This document shows positions 1-10,924 of a DNA stretch of 20,000 bases, piece by piece. The translations under genes were made by a program, and so were the position numbers. The DNA is from Spongospora subterranea f. sp. subterranea (Eukaryota). A model generated the notes under the pieces. That model did no database searches. It was not told the DNA's origin and was given only the letters and a program-made list of their open reading frames with translations. Numbering within the stretch: position 1 is the stretch's first letter; the number at the start of each line of letters is the position of its first letter. The stretch covers positions 119,890-139,889 of the forward strand of contig JAUGWO010000121.1 in the NCBI GenBank assembly GCA_049724395.1, written 5' to 3'.

Positions 1-137
1 GATTTCACCTCCGCTCCAATTCTCGTCACCCTGATCCATCCAAGCCGTTCATAGTGGAAACCGACGCATCTGGAATCGCTATCGGGGCGATTGTTTCACA
101 ACACGATCACCTGGGACGACTCCACCCTTTCTGTTTC
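1..137 (+). mobile_element. Ty3/gypsy pol fragment (RT connection / RNase H N-terminus), frameshifted, truncated on the right
   Basis: Manual translation gives FTSAPIL/(fs)/[37 protein letters not shown], the canonical Ty3/gypsy RNase H 'PFxVETDAS..IGAVLSQ..LHPVAF' motif. Confidence 0.9.
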
Positions 138-545
138 AATGAGCTGATAGATCAGTAGTATGGACAATAATCATTAACAAATAATTCTACTACAGCACAT
201 AGAGTCAATCGATATGTATGTTGCAGAACGCCCTCCTTACCTATGTTTTCAAAACCGCATCAGTTCTAACGATTGAGGGTTGTTTTCAAAGTCTTTACAT
301 TGATCTTGAGAACCGGATGTGGACAACACGTCAGTTCCATATGATCAACCATTGACCTTGAGTGGTGCTATAAGTTTTGACTGTTGTGGTATTTGTCAGA
401 GCAAAGCCCCGTATTTATTTTATTGCCCAGTCTTCACTGTCTTGTTGAACATGATTTGTGGCTGTGGTTATTGACGATGATATATGTAGGTGTTCCTATG
501 CTGCTGGTGCAGCACATATTTCGTGCCGAGGAATATGAGTTGAGT

Positions 546-1420
546 TCAATCTAATCCTTGATTGATTGTGTCCGGCAACTGCAGCATAGTATACGATCAT
601 GACCAGGATCAATAGTGTAATGCAATACGAGATCACGATCTTACCGCCACATGCGTTATATCTGGTCCAATATTTCCTGATTGGATATGCAGTAATTGCC
701 CTCCTTCAGGATTATTCCAGCATTGATAAACTCCAAGGACTCGGAAATGATCATGCCAACCCTGATAGAACAGAGAACTCATTGGAATTCATTTATCGGT
801 TATCGTAAAACATACGACCAAACAAAGATATCAGTTTGTTTACCTGAACGTCTGGTATAGCCAATCGCATACCTAAATCTGATGCGTCTGGACCAAAGGG
901 TGGGAATAGTGACTGGCCAGAGACCCTGACAATAACGCCCTTCTTCCCGAACTGTAAAACTACCAAACAATTGAGCTCATCAGGTATATAGTATCACTGC
1001 CCAAATCAGGCATTGAAATTACATCTGATACGATTGGGACTTGAAGTGTTAATCTGACCTGTACAAGCCAGTTTTGTGGGTCGATTTGCGAAAAGTAAAC
1101 CACGGAAGCCAGATGAAGCCGGTAAAAGAATAGCGACGAATATCACAGCTAAAGTGCATATGACAATAAATGGTTTGATAATCGACACCATCAAAACAAT
1201 CGCTTCGATTGGCCAATAATCTCATAAAGAGACCGTTGAGTGGATCCCTAATGCCATCCGTCAGAGTATTGGCCAGGGTCATATGAATTGGTTGGCAGGC
1301 ATTGACCATATTCGAGAGGGCAATGAGAAACCGTCAGCTTCTGTGCTCTTTTATACTCAGGGCTTGTACCAGGTTCATGGATCGGGTAACCCATACCGAA
1401 ATGGGCACCAGACCATATCT
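546..1420 (-). pseudogene. Putative spliced gene relic of unknown product
   Basis: Three consecutive GT..AG introns on the minus strand (952-1022, 762-843, 579-644) join phase-0 open exons 844-951 (FGKKGVIVRVSGQSLFPPFGPDASDLGMRLAIPDVQ), 645-761 (GWHDHFRVLGVYQCWNNPEGGQLLHIQSGNIGPDITHVA) and 546-578 (LPDTINQGLD*). Upstream exons are unclear and contain stops. No recognisable family. Confidence 0.35.
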
Positions 1421-1789
1421 GGCAAGCGAACAACTGTTTATAACCAAATGATTGTTTTGGTACAGACAAGAAAAGGAGGTCCGAGCTTGAAGAAAACGAT
1501 GTGAACGGTACTTGCCAAATAAAAATGACCAAGATTGCAATCTTGCATGATGATCAGCTTTAGTGTACACACACCTCTTTCCATATTTGCTACGATCAGC
1601 GACATCAAATGGATTTTGCACAATGTGTGGGCATGGCCAGGGTCAATGCGATAACTCCTGCCCTGCCAAACTGACATTGTCAGTTTCAATCAATCCACAG
1701 TCCGCATGAAACTATTTGAAAGCGATAGCGAAACAGGCGTCGTCGAATGGGCGGTAATGGCAAGACAGGTCCAACTATTGTTAGGATCT

Positions 1790-3521
1790 CGCCGAATGGA
1801 AAGAGGCGAGTGAGGCAACCGCAGTAGGCAGTTACGGTCAGAGGGACCGTAACCAGCCCAATCAATCATATTGTAGCTTCCGCCGAAAATATCGTGAGTC
1901 CAGAATGGCTTTCACCTGGTAGTGGGGAGACATGGACGGGTCGGTGCTGACAAGAATAGGACCTGGTGGAGGCTTGTTGCGACCCAGAAAAGGGTTTGCC
2001 ATGAATGGGAAGATCAGGGAGACATGGAATACCGGATGGACTCTTAACGACCCTGGAAGAAGGAGGTCAACTGCAGAGTCACCGATAAACCGACGGATGG
2101 GAAAGAAGCCAAGCCAGCGCGAAGCGAGTTTCTGGCAAGGTCGAGCCGTCCGAACATGGGCGGCGGAAAGCCAGACTCATTGACCGACGGCGTACGATGG
2201 AGGAGCGGAGCGGGAACGATCAGCGAAATTCTTGTACGTTGCCAGAGCAAATTTCAACTTCTGTCGTAGCCACTGATGTAAATCCTTGATGTTGGATATG
2301 TAGGATTCGGCGCGAAAAACTTGAGAGGTGGTGGGAACCGACGGGTCGACAACGTGGATGGTAGCCGTACAAGGTGAAGAAAGGGGAGACTTCAGGGCGG
2401 CATGGACGGGAATTGTTGTAGGAAAACTCGGCTTGAGGGAGCAACGACATCCAATTGTCTTTGCGGTAATAAAAAAAACAGCGAAGGTATTGCTCCACGA
2501 TCTGATTACAGCACTCCGCCTGACCATTACTCTGACAATGATAGCCCGAGGTCAGGGATACGTCCACATCGAGGAGTTTGAAAGTGCGTTTCCAGAATTT
2601 GATATTATCTATTCGGGAAATCCGTGTAGGCGAATTACATGATTGAACAGAAGAACGGCCGTGGTTTCGGCAGTACGACGGCCAGAACAAGCCACGAAGT
2701 AGGCCATCTTTGTAAAACGGTCAACAATTGTAAGAATGCAGTCATTACCTTGGACAAGAGGAAGGTCCCTAATAAAATTGATGCGAACGGTCGATCGGGA
2801 ATTGGTAATGGTTTCAGCAATCCTGCCGGTTGCTTTCGCCGCGGCAACAGTTCTCACAGGAGCTGATGAAGGACGCAACGGAGCTGTTGAGCTTGGGCCA
2901 CCAGTTATATCGAACGATGAGGGCTGCGGTGCGGGGCCTGCCAAAATGACCACCGAGAGGGGAGTCGTGGCACCTCTGGAGTATGATTAGTCGTCGTAGT
3001 TGATCTGTATCAGGGACATAAATACGGTGACTGTAGAGGAGGAGGTTGCCGGCGAGTGCCATCTTGGTGCCGAGCAATTGGGAATTGGCGATGAAAGGCT
3101 TGGCGAAGTCGTCCTTCAACGTGGCAGTCCGGATGCGCTCGTAAAGCGAGAGATCGAGCTGGAATTGTGTAGAACAGACGAGCGAGGGAAAGTTATCTTC
3201 TGAAAACAGGGGCTCGACCTGAGATATCGGTGTCGGAGATGATCGTAAGTCGCTACGGCGGGATAGCGCATCAGCTTTGGTGTTATGATCTCCAAACTGG
3301 TAGTGAAATTGGAATTGAAAACGACTGAAGAATTGGGACCAGCGTGCTTGACGGTTCGATAAGGATTTCATAGTTAAGAAGTACTTGAGGCTCTTCTGAT
3401 CGGTGTAGACTACGAAACTATGTACTGCACCTTCAAGGAACTGCCGCCATTCTTGGAACGCTGACTTAATCGCGAGTTACTCTTTATTCCTGGGATCGTA
3501 TTTTGATTATGCGTCGACCAA
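1790..3521 (-). mobile_element. Degenerate Ty3/gypsy chromovirus pol 3' half (RNase H C-terminus, integrase zinc finger, core, GPY/F region, chromodomain)
   Basis: Motifs across frames: LVDA*SKYDPRNKE*LAIKSAFQEWRQFLEG..VYTDQKSLKYF..RQARWSQFFSRFQFQFHY..NTKADALSR; CHDSPLGGHFG..YNWWPKL..CENC; AGLLKPLPIPDRPF..IVDRFTKMAYF; YHCQSNGQAE..EFSYNN..SPFFTLYGYHP; KLASRWLG..VHPVFHVSL; chromodomain YQVKAILDSRYFRRKLQY/IDWAGYGPSD at ~1829-1927. Multiple stops and frameshifts. No LTR found. Confidence 0.93.
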
Positions 3522-3664
3522 TATAGTAATAACGGGAGCAGAGGGTATCGTCTCAAAAATGAGCATTTGATAAAAAAGTGGTTTTGCCCAATAAACAGTC
3601 CGTGTCGGAGTCCGTGAACGATCGGCAAAGCTGGAATTGAGCAGGTTTGAATTTTGATTGTTCG

Positions 3665-5350
3665 ATGGAGGTTGAGTCCAGAAGTGATGCAATGACATCC
3701 CCTCTAGCTGCTTATATCGATATAGATCAGACCCTTCCTGGATCATCTGATCATCCTCATCACCAGCTATTAGTCTCATCGTATGTATTAATGGCTATTC
3801 ACTACATTATCCGTTACCTTTATCGACTATTACTCGTTACATCTCATCAACATTAATTCATATCGATCCCTTATGATATTATATCCTCAGTGTTTCTCGT
3901 TACCGGTTTGCATGTTGTGTGTGTTACATTGCCGATGTGTCTACAAGTAAACGATACCGACCCCATATACTGTGAAACACAACTGATCACTGACGATGAT
4001 TATAGCCATGATGGTGATTTACCTACAGTACGAAAGTTGCTAGACCAGGTCTTAACAGCACCTATTGACCTAGCTGCTCATGATCAACATGGCCGAACCG
4101 CATTAGGTACCACGGTCATCAAAGGTGTAGTCATTGGTTCATTCTTATTGTGTAGCGCTTGCGTCGTGGTCTGGCCACTTGGATATCGTGCGTTTATTGC
4201 TGGAGCGTGGAGCATCATGGCATACACAAGATAATGAGGGATTGACTGCTGCGCAATGTACAATCTCATATTTTTCACTACGTATTCCCTAATCTATGAT
4301 TTAGATGCGTTGCTGGAAGGGCATCAGCATGTCTATAATGAATTGCTCGAAGCAGGAATTCGAACTGAACTTGTGCTGAAAGCATTAGAAGGATCTGGCT
4401 CTATCAACTCAAATACCTATTTACGTTAGTATCTTTTAAAAGCCAATCTTATTGTTTCAGCACAATGCTTTTCAACGTTTATCGATGTCTTGACCGTTCA
4501 GCGTATTTTGTGTAACGGGTTATACAAATTTTTGCCGATTGCTGATCAGATTCGTTCATGTTCAGGGGGAGGGGCTCGATATACTGACGATACGTTAGTG
4601 GATGATGCTAATAATGGTGTGATGATGTCGTGGGAGACTCCATTAATGCACGCCCACGCCCAGGCAATGCAATGTACAGGACGAGATGTACTCAATGTTG
4701 GTTTCGGTATGGGTATCGTCGACCTTGAAATACAGCGATTGCAGCCTCGAACTCACACCATCGGTACTCTTCTGCTTTGCAGTAATTGGTGGTTATTTAT
4801 TCTGCTCTATTCTCAGTGGAGGCGCATCCTGATGTCTATGCTCGCATGCTCAGTATGGGTTGGGATCGTCTACCTGGCGTTCGTATATTGTTCGGTCGTT
4901 GGCAAGATGTACTACCACAGCTAGAGACATACGACGCCATCATGTTCGACAGTATGCACTATATTTATCTGGCTGTATCTCAATCGTTTGTTCTGACTCA
5001 TTTACCAGCATTTGACGAAACCGACGCCCATTTATCGTCTTTCCATGATGCCCTTTTAGATCTCTTACGTCCTCATGGAGTTTACACGTTCTTCAACGGT
5101 CTTGCTGCCACGAATTTCTTCTTTCATGGTACCGTATATGCTGTTATCATTTCTGATGTTGTTCGTATTTATTTTGCATTCAGATGTCTCTCGTGAAGTG
5201 ACTCGTTTATGTCTCATGGAGTTGGGTCTTGATACCGTGTTCCACCCGATAAGCATTGACACATCTGCCGATGAGATCTGGTCCGGTGTTAAGGATCGGT
5301 ATTGGGTGCTCAAAACATATTATCTCCCTGTTTGCACGTTTCAAAGATAA
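3665..5350 (+). CDS. RMT2: Protein arginine N-methyltransferase 2 (Rmt2; ankyrin repeats plus GAMT-like SAM-dependent methyltransferase), 8 exons
   Basis: Phase-consistent GT-AG model with exons 3665-3780, 4006-4106, 4156-4257, 4305-4424, 4566-4763, 4817-4951, 5009-5128, 5184-5350. Ankyrin motifs (SHDGDLPTVRKLL..DQHGRTALALASWSGHLDIVRLLLERGA) are followed by Rmt2 hallmarks GVMMSWETPLM, VLNVGFGMGIVD, HTIVEAHPDV, GRWQDV, YDAIMFDTF, YTFFNGL, RYW..YYLPVC. The start exon is the least certain part. Confidence 0.92.
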
Positions 5351-6554
5351 TATATTGCACTTACCGTGTCGTTAATCATTGTGCTCGTAAGTCTTCGTTC
5401 TAGCTGCCGCCTTTTTTACAGCAGCTATTCAAAAAACCGATCGAGAAGAATCAAATAGGTGTTTGTTGAAACAACCGGTTGGGCTGAGACTCGAACGCTC
5501 TAGGCTACGACTTGAGCTTTTGAGGTAGCATTTATCGACTTTGCAATACCGGAAATAACCTTCAATCGATATCCCAATCTATATCAATAAAGGTTTCTCT
5601 GCCCATTACACACATTTTTGACGGTAGAAAGTCCAAATTCGGCAAATTATCTGGACGTGACCGATATTGTGATCAATGTTAAACCTCGCTGCGCCTACCG
5701 ACGCTCAAATAAAATTGAATTTGAGGGTCATAGTATCACTAAGGTTGAATGCAGGAAACTTAATGGATTTTCAATACTTTCATTGTTTTGATCTTCTTTC
5801 AGATGTTTCGTAAGCGACACACAAATTGGAATATTTAAAAAAACCTCATGGCACTGCTGAATGAACAGAACAAACGCGATCGATTACAATTTCTGTGTTT
5901 TTTCAAAGTTGGTTTGAAATCAGTAATTCGACTTTAGGTCAAATCCGTTTACCAAAGAGGGTCTGGAACATATTTAGAGGCCACACAAATAGTAGAACTT
6001 GCCTCATTTTCTGCTGCTGTTGAAGACTCTTGGTAATCCACTAACAGATGAACTCGACGATGAGGGTTAATCTAATTTCGATGGTTGTGCCTTGGCCATT
6101 CCTACTTATGAAACAATATTTGCAGAGGTACACATCAAATGAGCCGTATCCTTATCCCGACATGCAATTTTTGTCTTGAAGAAACTATGTATCTTTTGGA
6201 CCGGTGATCTACCATTTTACTAATTTTTCGACTCTAGTTATGTCTGACAATATCCGATTTTGTCAAAGTTAGGGATCACATTATCAGAGGTAAAATATGA
6301 ACTACCACTGATAGAGCTGATTTGTTTGATTGAGGTTTTCTTGCCTCTTCCATTTAGTTTTGCCGCTCAGGATTCGAGAAAAAAAGTTTCCACTCTACGA
6401 GAGAGAAACATAGCAGAGACATCGAATCTTGAATGACTCGATCAGAAAGTTGTGATCAGAGAGGTACCCTGTCGGTGTTGAAGATTATGAACCTGCTCTA
6501 ATCCAACTCCACCCATATTTTACTGAAGTGGAGAGTGCGATCTACAAACGATCA

Positions 6555-6620
6555 ACCGCATTAGAGGCTCTATTCGATGATAAATCAGTGATTGGTTTAC
6601 TACTACTGGCTCGACTGTGA
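6555..6620 (+). pseudogene. Short relic of the BTB gene 5' end
   Basis: TALEALFDDKSVIGLLLLARL* aligns with the N-termini of the neighbouring paralogs (AALEALFNNESSSDLVLRL, SALEAVFNNESVSDLVLKL). Confidence 0.55.
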
Positions 6621-6784
6621 AGTGATTGCAACAAAAAATCGCTCATTGAAGTTACTCTAGCGTTGACGCTAAAACGAAACAAAAGTATTCTATCGAGGTT
6701 GCGGAATGAATATGCAGAGGCACTTGATCACATTATCGTATAAGCGGGATTTAGCGGGCAGAGTAGATATCAAACCGGTCAGAG

Positions 6785-7909
6785 ATGAACTGTAAATATA
6801 CTGCAGCTTTAGAGGCGTTATTTAATAACGAGTCATCGAGTGATTTAGTTCTTAGGTTATCGAAGGTCGAGCTCTATGTTCATAAAGCGGTGATGATGCC
6901 CTCCTGCTCAATGATCGAACAATATGTGAAATGGCCCCAGGATCATAACGATAACTGTTCGGGATCACGATCAATATGTGATATTGTATTACCGGATATG
7001 TCAATACCAGAGTCAATTGGGTCTGTGAACCTTTCACCTGGTGAGGCCAAAAGGCTGTTCGAACTTTTCCTTCGAACAGTTTACGGTCTAGTAAAGCCAT
7101 CTCAGTATCAGTCTATCCAAGATGTGCTTTTAATTCTTATTATCGCCAATTTAATGATGAGCAATGAAGTTAAAGAGCAGTGCGAACTGGAACTCATAAA
7201 TCAAATCGAGATGAAAACATCGAATTGGATTGATGTAATAACGTTATGTCGCAAATATCACCTCCCTAAATTGCCTCAAAAAACGCTCAACATGTTGGGA
7301 CAATAGCACATCAACTCACAGATAATGAAGAAATTAATTTAATGGAGGTTAAAGAACTATTGGAAGTGTTGAAGTATTTCGTCGGCGACTCATCCATCAT
7401 TTTCGAACTCCTATTGAATTATTGCAGTCAAGTAAATCGACCAAGGGATATTCACCATCAGGGAAATGATGACAAGATCATTATCACTCGACAGGATCGA
7501 CTGGAATGTATTATTAAAGGATATGAAATATTATCGACATACTGGACAACTTGGGCCGTTATCGACCATATTTATAATCGTACAAAGCTTATTGTAGTTA
7601 ATTGCTCATCTGGTCAAGATTATTCGCATCTGAAATGATCAAATTCGTTCGGATCGAAGGAGCAAAATTCCTCGAAATTTTAGTCTTACTCTTGACGATG
7701 ATTAATGACACGGTTTCGCCTTTTATTTTGAAATGTTGCGAATTATATATCGAGTTTATATATCAATAGTTCCATAAACTGTTGATCTCTTTAATTACTT
7801 GGCTATTCATTTTAATACTCAATGGGGGGACGATATAAAACTGGTGCAGTCAACGAACAGGGAATTTAACGAGATAGTACACGGTGTCATCATCACCAGA
7901 AATCATTGA
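6785..7909 (+). pseudogene. BTB/POZ-BACK domain gene, copy A (frameshifted)
   Basis: ORF 6785-7306 has the BTB signature (LFNNESSSDLVL..LYVHKAVM..CSMI..LFELFLRTVY..ILIIANLMM..VKEQCE) and a BACK-like helix. A 1-nt loss near 7290 relative to copy B (aacatgttggg vs aaatatgttggg) shifts into ORF 7342-7638. Further lesions at ~7635 and stops at 7703-7708 and 7775-7777. Confidence 0.85.
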
Positions 7910-7974
7910 CACTAATCACGATCGAATAATGAGCTGGTAAAGATGATTGTGGTTAAAATTGAGGCTGTTTTATG

Positions 7975-8308
7975 TGATATTGATCTGTTTTTTGTGTTTT
8001 TTTTTGGTGATTGTGTTCGGTATTTTGGTGCCAGGTTTGTAGTACCCATATCTACAAGAGGGCCAAGACGAAACTTGATGTCAAAGCTCGTTCGCTAGAC
8101 AATATTACCTTCGCTGAATGTTCTGCAGTCTGACCGACATTGTGATAGTTGTGAGGTTGATCCCATGACCCGACTCACTAAAACCCCCTAACCATTGGAC
8201 ACGGGGGAAATTCCCTGTACAGAACACCACAATGCCTTGAACCCAAGTCGCATCATTACAAATCAGCTGTCTATTTTTCAAGAGGTTCGTTCCTCCCTGA
8301 TACTGATC
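7975..8308 (-). mobile_element. Poly(A)-tailed 312-bp retro-insertion (LINE/SINE 3' end or retrocopy) with 11-bp TSD
   Basis: Flanked by tgatattgatc (7975-7985) and tgatactgatc (8298-8308). T-rich tract at 7986-8005 is poly(A) on the minus strand. The empty site is present in the duplicate at 17201-17211. Confidence 0.75.
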
Positions 8309-8890
8309 GACGTGTCCCTGAACATGTTTGAAGTCAATCTTAACCGGATTCCGGAAGCGCTTTTTGATTATGATTAGTTTACAATATTCTTGGAGTAGTG
8401 AAAGCAATATGAGATTACTGATCAGGTATTTCACAAGTGACCTTCTTGCTGTTAAAACGTCGGTCTGTATTGTCTTCAACTTTTGCTGATTTGCACATGA
8501 GTTATAGCACTCGCTAACGAGTATATTGACCATATAAGTGGTTCTAGAGTATTGATACAATCTGAAAAGGTGATGAAATTGAGGCAGCCACTCCAGATCA
8601 GGTCAATATGTGTATCGGTCATGGTATACGATTCCCTAATCGGTGCACATCGTTCACCCCATTCCTCTCCATTACTAGACCCACGTAAAGGTTCAAAAGG
8701 GGACACTCTCCTGAATATGATCCAATGAACATTTCACTTCAGATATTCAAATCTTCCAATTGCACTTCAATATCATTCAATACGATATTAATGGTGAACT
8801 ACTTTGTTAGGTCAATGATGTCGCCCATAATTTTATTCGCTGTACGAGATGCAAAAGAACATAAGTAACTTAATAGGGAAACAAAGGCGA

Positions 8891-9763
8891 TTAACGGCCA
8901 ATTATGCTCATTCGAGCTGATACAATCTTGAATAATACTATATGATCGTAGTTGTTGACAGGATCAATATGAACTGCTATTTGAGTTGTCTTCTTATAAA
9001 TGGAATTGATAATCGCCCAGGTTGTCCAGAATCTTGATAATATCTGATACCCTTTGATAAGACATTTAAGGAAGATCCCCTCAGTAATGATCACATTGAA
9101 TTTCTTGCCCGTCCAGATAATATCCTCTCCTGGATGTATTTCACAGCAATATTTCAATAACATGTCGAATGTGGATGAGCTGTCGTTCATGTACTTCAAT
9201 ACATCCAACAGTTCGTCAATCTCCAACTTGTTATAGGAGATGGGATAATGTGCAATTGTCCCAACATATTTAAGTGCTTCTTGAAGTACTTTAGGGAGGT
9301 GATAATCACGACAAAAGGTGATCACATTAATCACAGTCTCTGGGGTCATCCCGAACCCTTTCTTCAGCTCCAGTTCGCATTGGTCTTTCACTGTATTGTT
9401 CATCATGAAATTGGCGATTATAATAACTGAGATCACATCTCGATTAGACTTATATTCCGATGGCTTTACTAAACAATAAACCGTTCGAAGGAACAGGTCA
9501 AACAGCCGATGGGCATCTTCAGGGGGTAAAAGAGATTCATAATCCTTTGACTCATCCGGCAATACAATATCACATATTGATCGTGATCCCGAACAGTTAT
9601 CGTTATGATCCTGGGGCCATTTCACATATTGTTTGATCATTGAGCAGGAGGGCATCATCACCGCTTTATGAACATAGAACTTGACGTCAACTAAACTAAG
9701 AACCAAATCACTCGATGATTCGTTATTGTATAGGGCCTGTACGACTGATTCAATACAGTCCAT
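8891..9763 (-). CDS. BTB/POZ-BACK domain protein, copy B (290 aa, intronless, possibly C-terminally truncated)
   Basis: Open ATG-to-stop ORF with the BTB motif (LYNNESSSDLVLSLVDVKFYVHKAVMMPSCSMIKQY..LFDLFLRTVY) followed by BACK-like VINVITFCRDYHLPKVLQEALKYV..LEIDELLDVL. No signal peptide. Confidence 0.85.
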   Translation of the reverse strand: MDCIESVVQALYNNESSSDLVLSLVDVKFYVHKAVMMPSCSMIKQYVKWPQDHNDNCSGSRSICDIVLPDESKDYESLLPPEDAHRLFDLFLRTVYCLVKPSEYKSNRDVISVIIIANFMMNNTVKDQCELELKKGFGMTPETVINVITFCRDYHLPKVLQEALKYVGTIAHYPISYNKLEIDELLDVLKYMNDSSSTFDMLLKYCCEIHPGEDIIWTGKKFNVIITEGIFLKCLIKGYQILSRFWTTWAIINSIYKKTTQIAVHIDPVNNYDHIVLFKIVSARMSIIGR

Positions 9764-9963
9764 ATCCGAATCACTACTGCCGTAGCCAGGTCTTGGCTGG
9801 TTTGAGTATACCTATCTCCTATCTCCTATCCGGGTCCTCTTTGCCGATTAGCGGTAATCGGTTCGAAATCGCCGCTTGAAATGGAAATATTTTCAAAATT
9901 GACCAATGAATAGCCTGGCTCTGAATATCAAATTATTGCATCGCTTCCATCAAACTCGTCGTG

Positions 9964-10590
9964 ATGAGTGGTTGGAGACCTTTTTATTGTATTAAACAAA
10001 AGAGAGACATAGTGTGACAGCCTTTTTAGCTGCTAATTGGGTCAAACCAACTGCCAGCGAATATGGCGTTTCTCCAGCTCAAATCCGCCGATGGCAAAAG
10101 AAGATGTTTTTGCAGATTGCGGCAATGCAGAGGTTCAGACCATTCAGCATTACATTGAACAGATCGTCAAACCGTGGATTAAGGCCCATGATAGGCAATT
10201 GGGCTACCTGCAACTGGATCATTTCAAATGTCTCATAATGAAATCCGATCGCAATGCAGCCAACCGAATATGGACCTCAGATTGATAATAACTCCTGCCG
10301 TATATACGGTGTGGCCTTCGATCTATCCCTCGTGATCTCTCTATAACACCTCCTTTCTTCAGCTCATTCCCTCTGGATTGACAACATACGGCGAGAGTGG
10401 CAAATCCTTGACGTTGGCATAAATAAACCATTTGCAGCAGCGGTCAAAAGTATATACAAATGGCTGCCAACGCACGAACGTTTGGATAAGCCAAACCGAG
10501 CCGACAATTTGTCACGGATTGGGTCATGACAGAATGGGCCTTAATCACAGCAAAGACTATTCGAGACACAATCTAAAACACATTGTGCTC
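9964..10590 (+). mobile_element. pogo-type (DDE_1) transposase relic, internally deleted
   Basis: N-terminal HTH (FYCIKQKRDIV..VKPTASEYGVSPAQIRRWQK) is joined directly to DDE_1 motifs HYIEQIVKPW..YLQLDHFKC, ITPAVYT, QILDVGINKPFAAAVK, KPSRQFVTDWVMTEW. Stops and frameshifts. No TIRs found. Confidence 0.82.
10310..10386. mobile_element. 77-bp TG..CA mini solo-LTR-like insertion with 5-bp TSD
   Basis: Starts tgtgg and ends caaca. Flanked by tacgg (10305-10309 and 10387-10391). It interrupts the transposase between the PAVYT and QILDVG motifs and is absent from the duplicate near 19177. Confidence 0.6.
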
Positions 10591-10924
10591 GCCTCTCAAT
10601 TAAACGTGATTGGTTCATTCGAACACTACAATCTCATTAACCAACAAGCAATCGAATGGAGTTTAGTGATATCGCCAAACCCTACTTCAGGGGTAATTGG
10701 TAAACTCAGTGCAACTCTTCTGGAAGGGGCTTATGACAAGGCGCATATACAATATATTCGAAAGATGGGGATAACTTCGCGCTCAGAATGGAATCAACAT
10801 TTACAAAATCAGTTTCAACAGCCCGAACCTGTTTCATGATAGCGACAACGTGTCTTTTATGTCTTTAATCGCCAACCGATTTTTAAAGGTGAATACACAT
10901 AATTTGCTTGATGAGAGAGCCCAA

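Noticed and set aside
1932..3203. Several plus-strand ORFs (1932, 2328, 2639, 2736, 3000)
   Set aside because: They are antisense shadows of the gypsy integrase on the minus strand and have no independent motifs.
3890..5350. ORFs 3890-4234, 4490-4924, 4786-5196 and 5075-5350 as separate genes, some with hydrophobic stretches
   Set aside because: They are RMT2 exons read through into introns. The hydrophobic parts come from intron or off-frame sequence.
5400..6500. About 1.1 kb between RMT2 and the BTB array with short protein-like runs
   Set aside because: No ORF of 60 aa or more, no recognisable motif, repeat or RNA structure found by eye. Left unannotated.
8105..8560. ORF containing KIDFKHVQGHVDQ..QLICND, resembling a non-LTR RNase H C-terminus
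   Set aside because: The ORF crosses the junction of the 312-bp insertion at 8298-8308, so it is chimeric, and the motif is not preserved in the paralogous regions at ~11050 and ~17230.
9811..9831. 7-bp tandem repeat (cctatct) x3 upstream of copy B, x2 in the duplicate
   Set aside because: Simple slippage. Too short to support a regulatory call.
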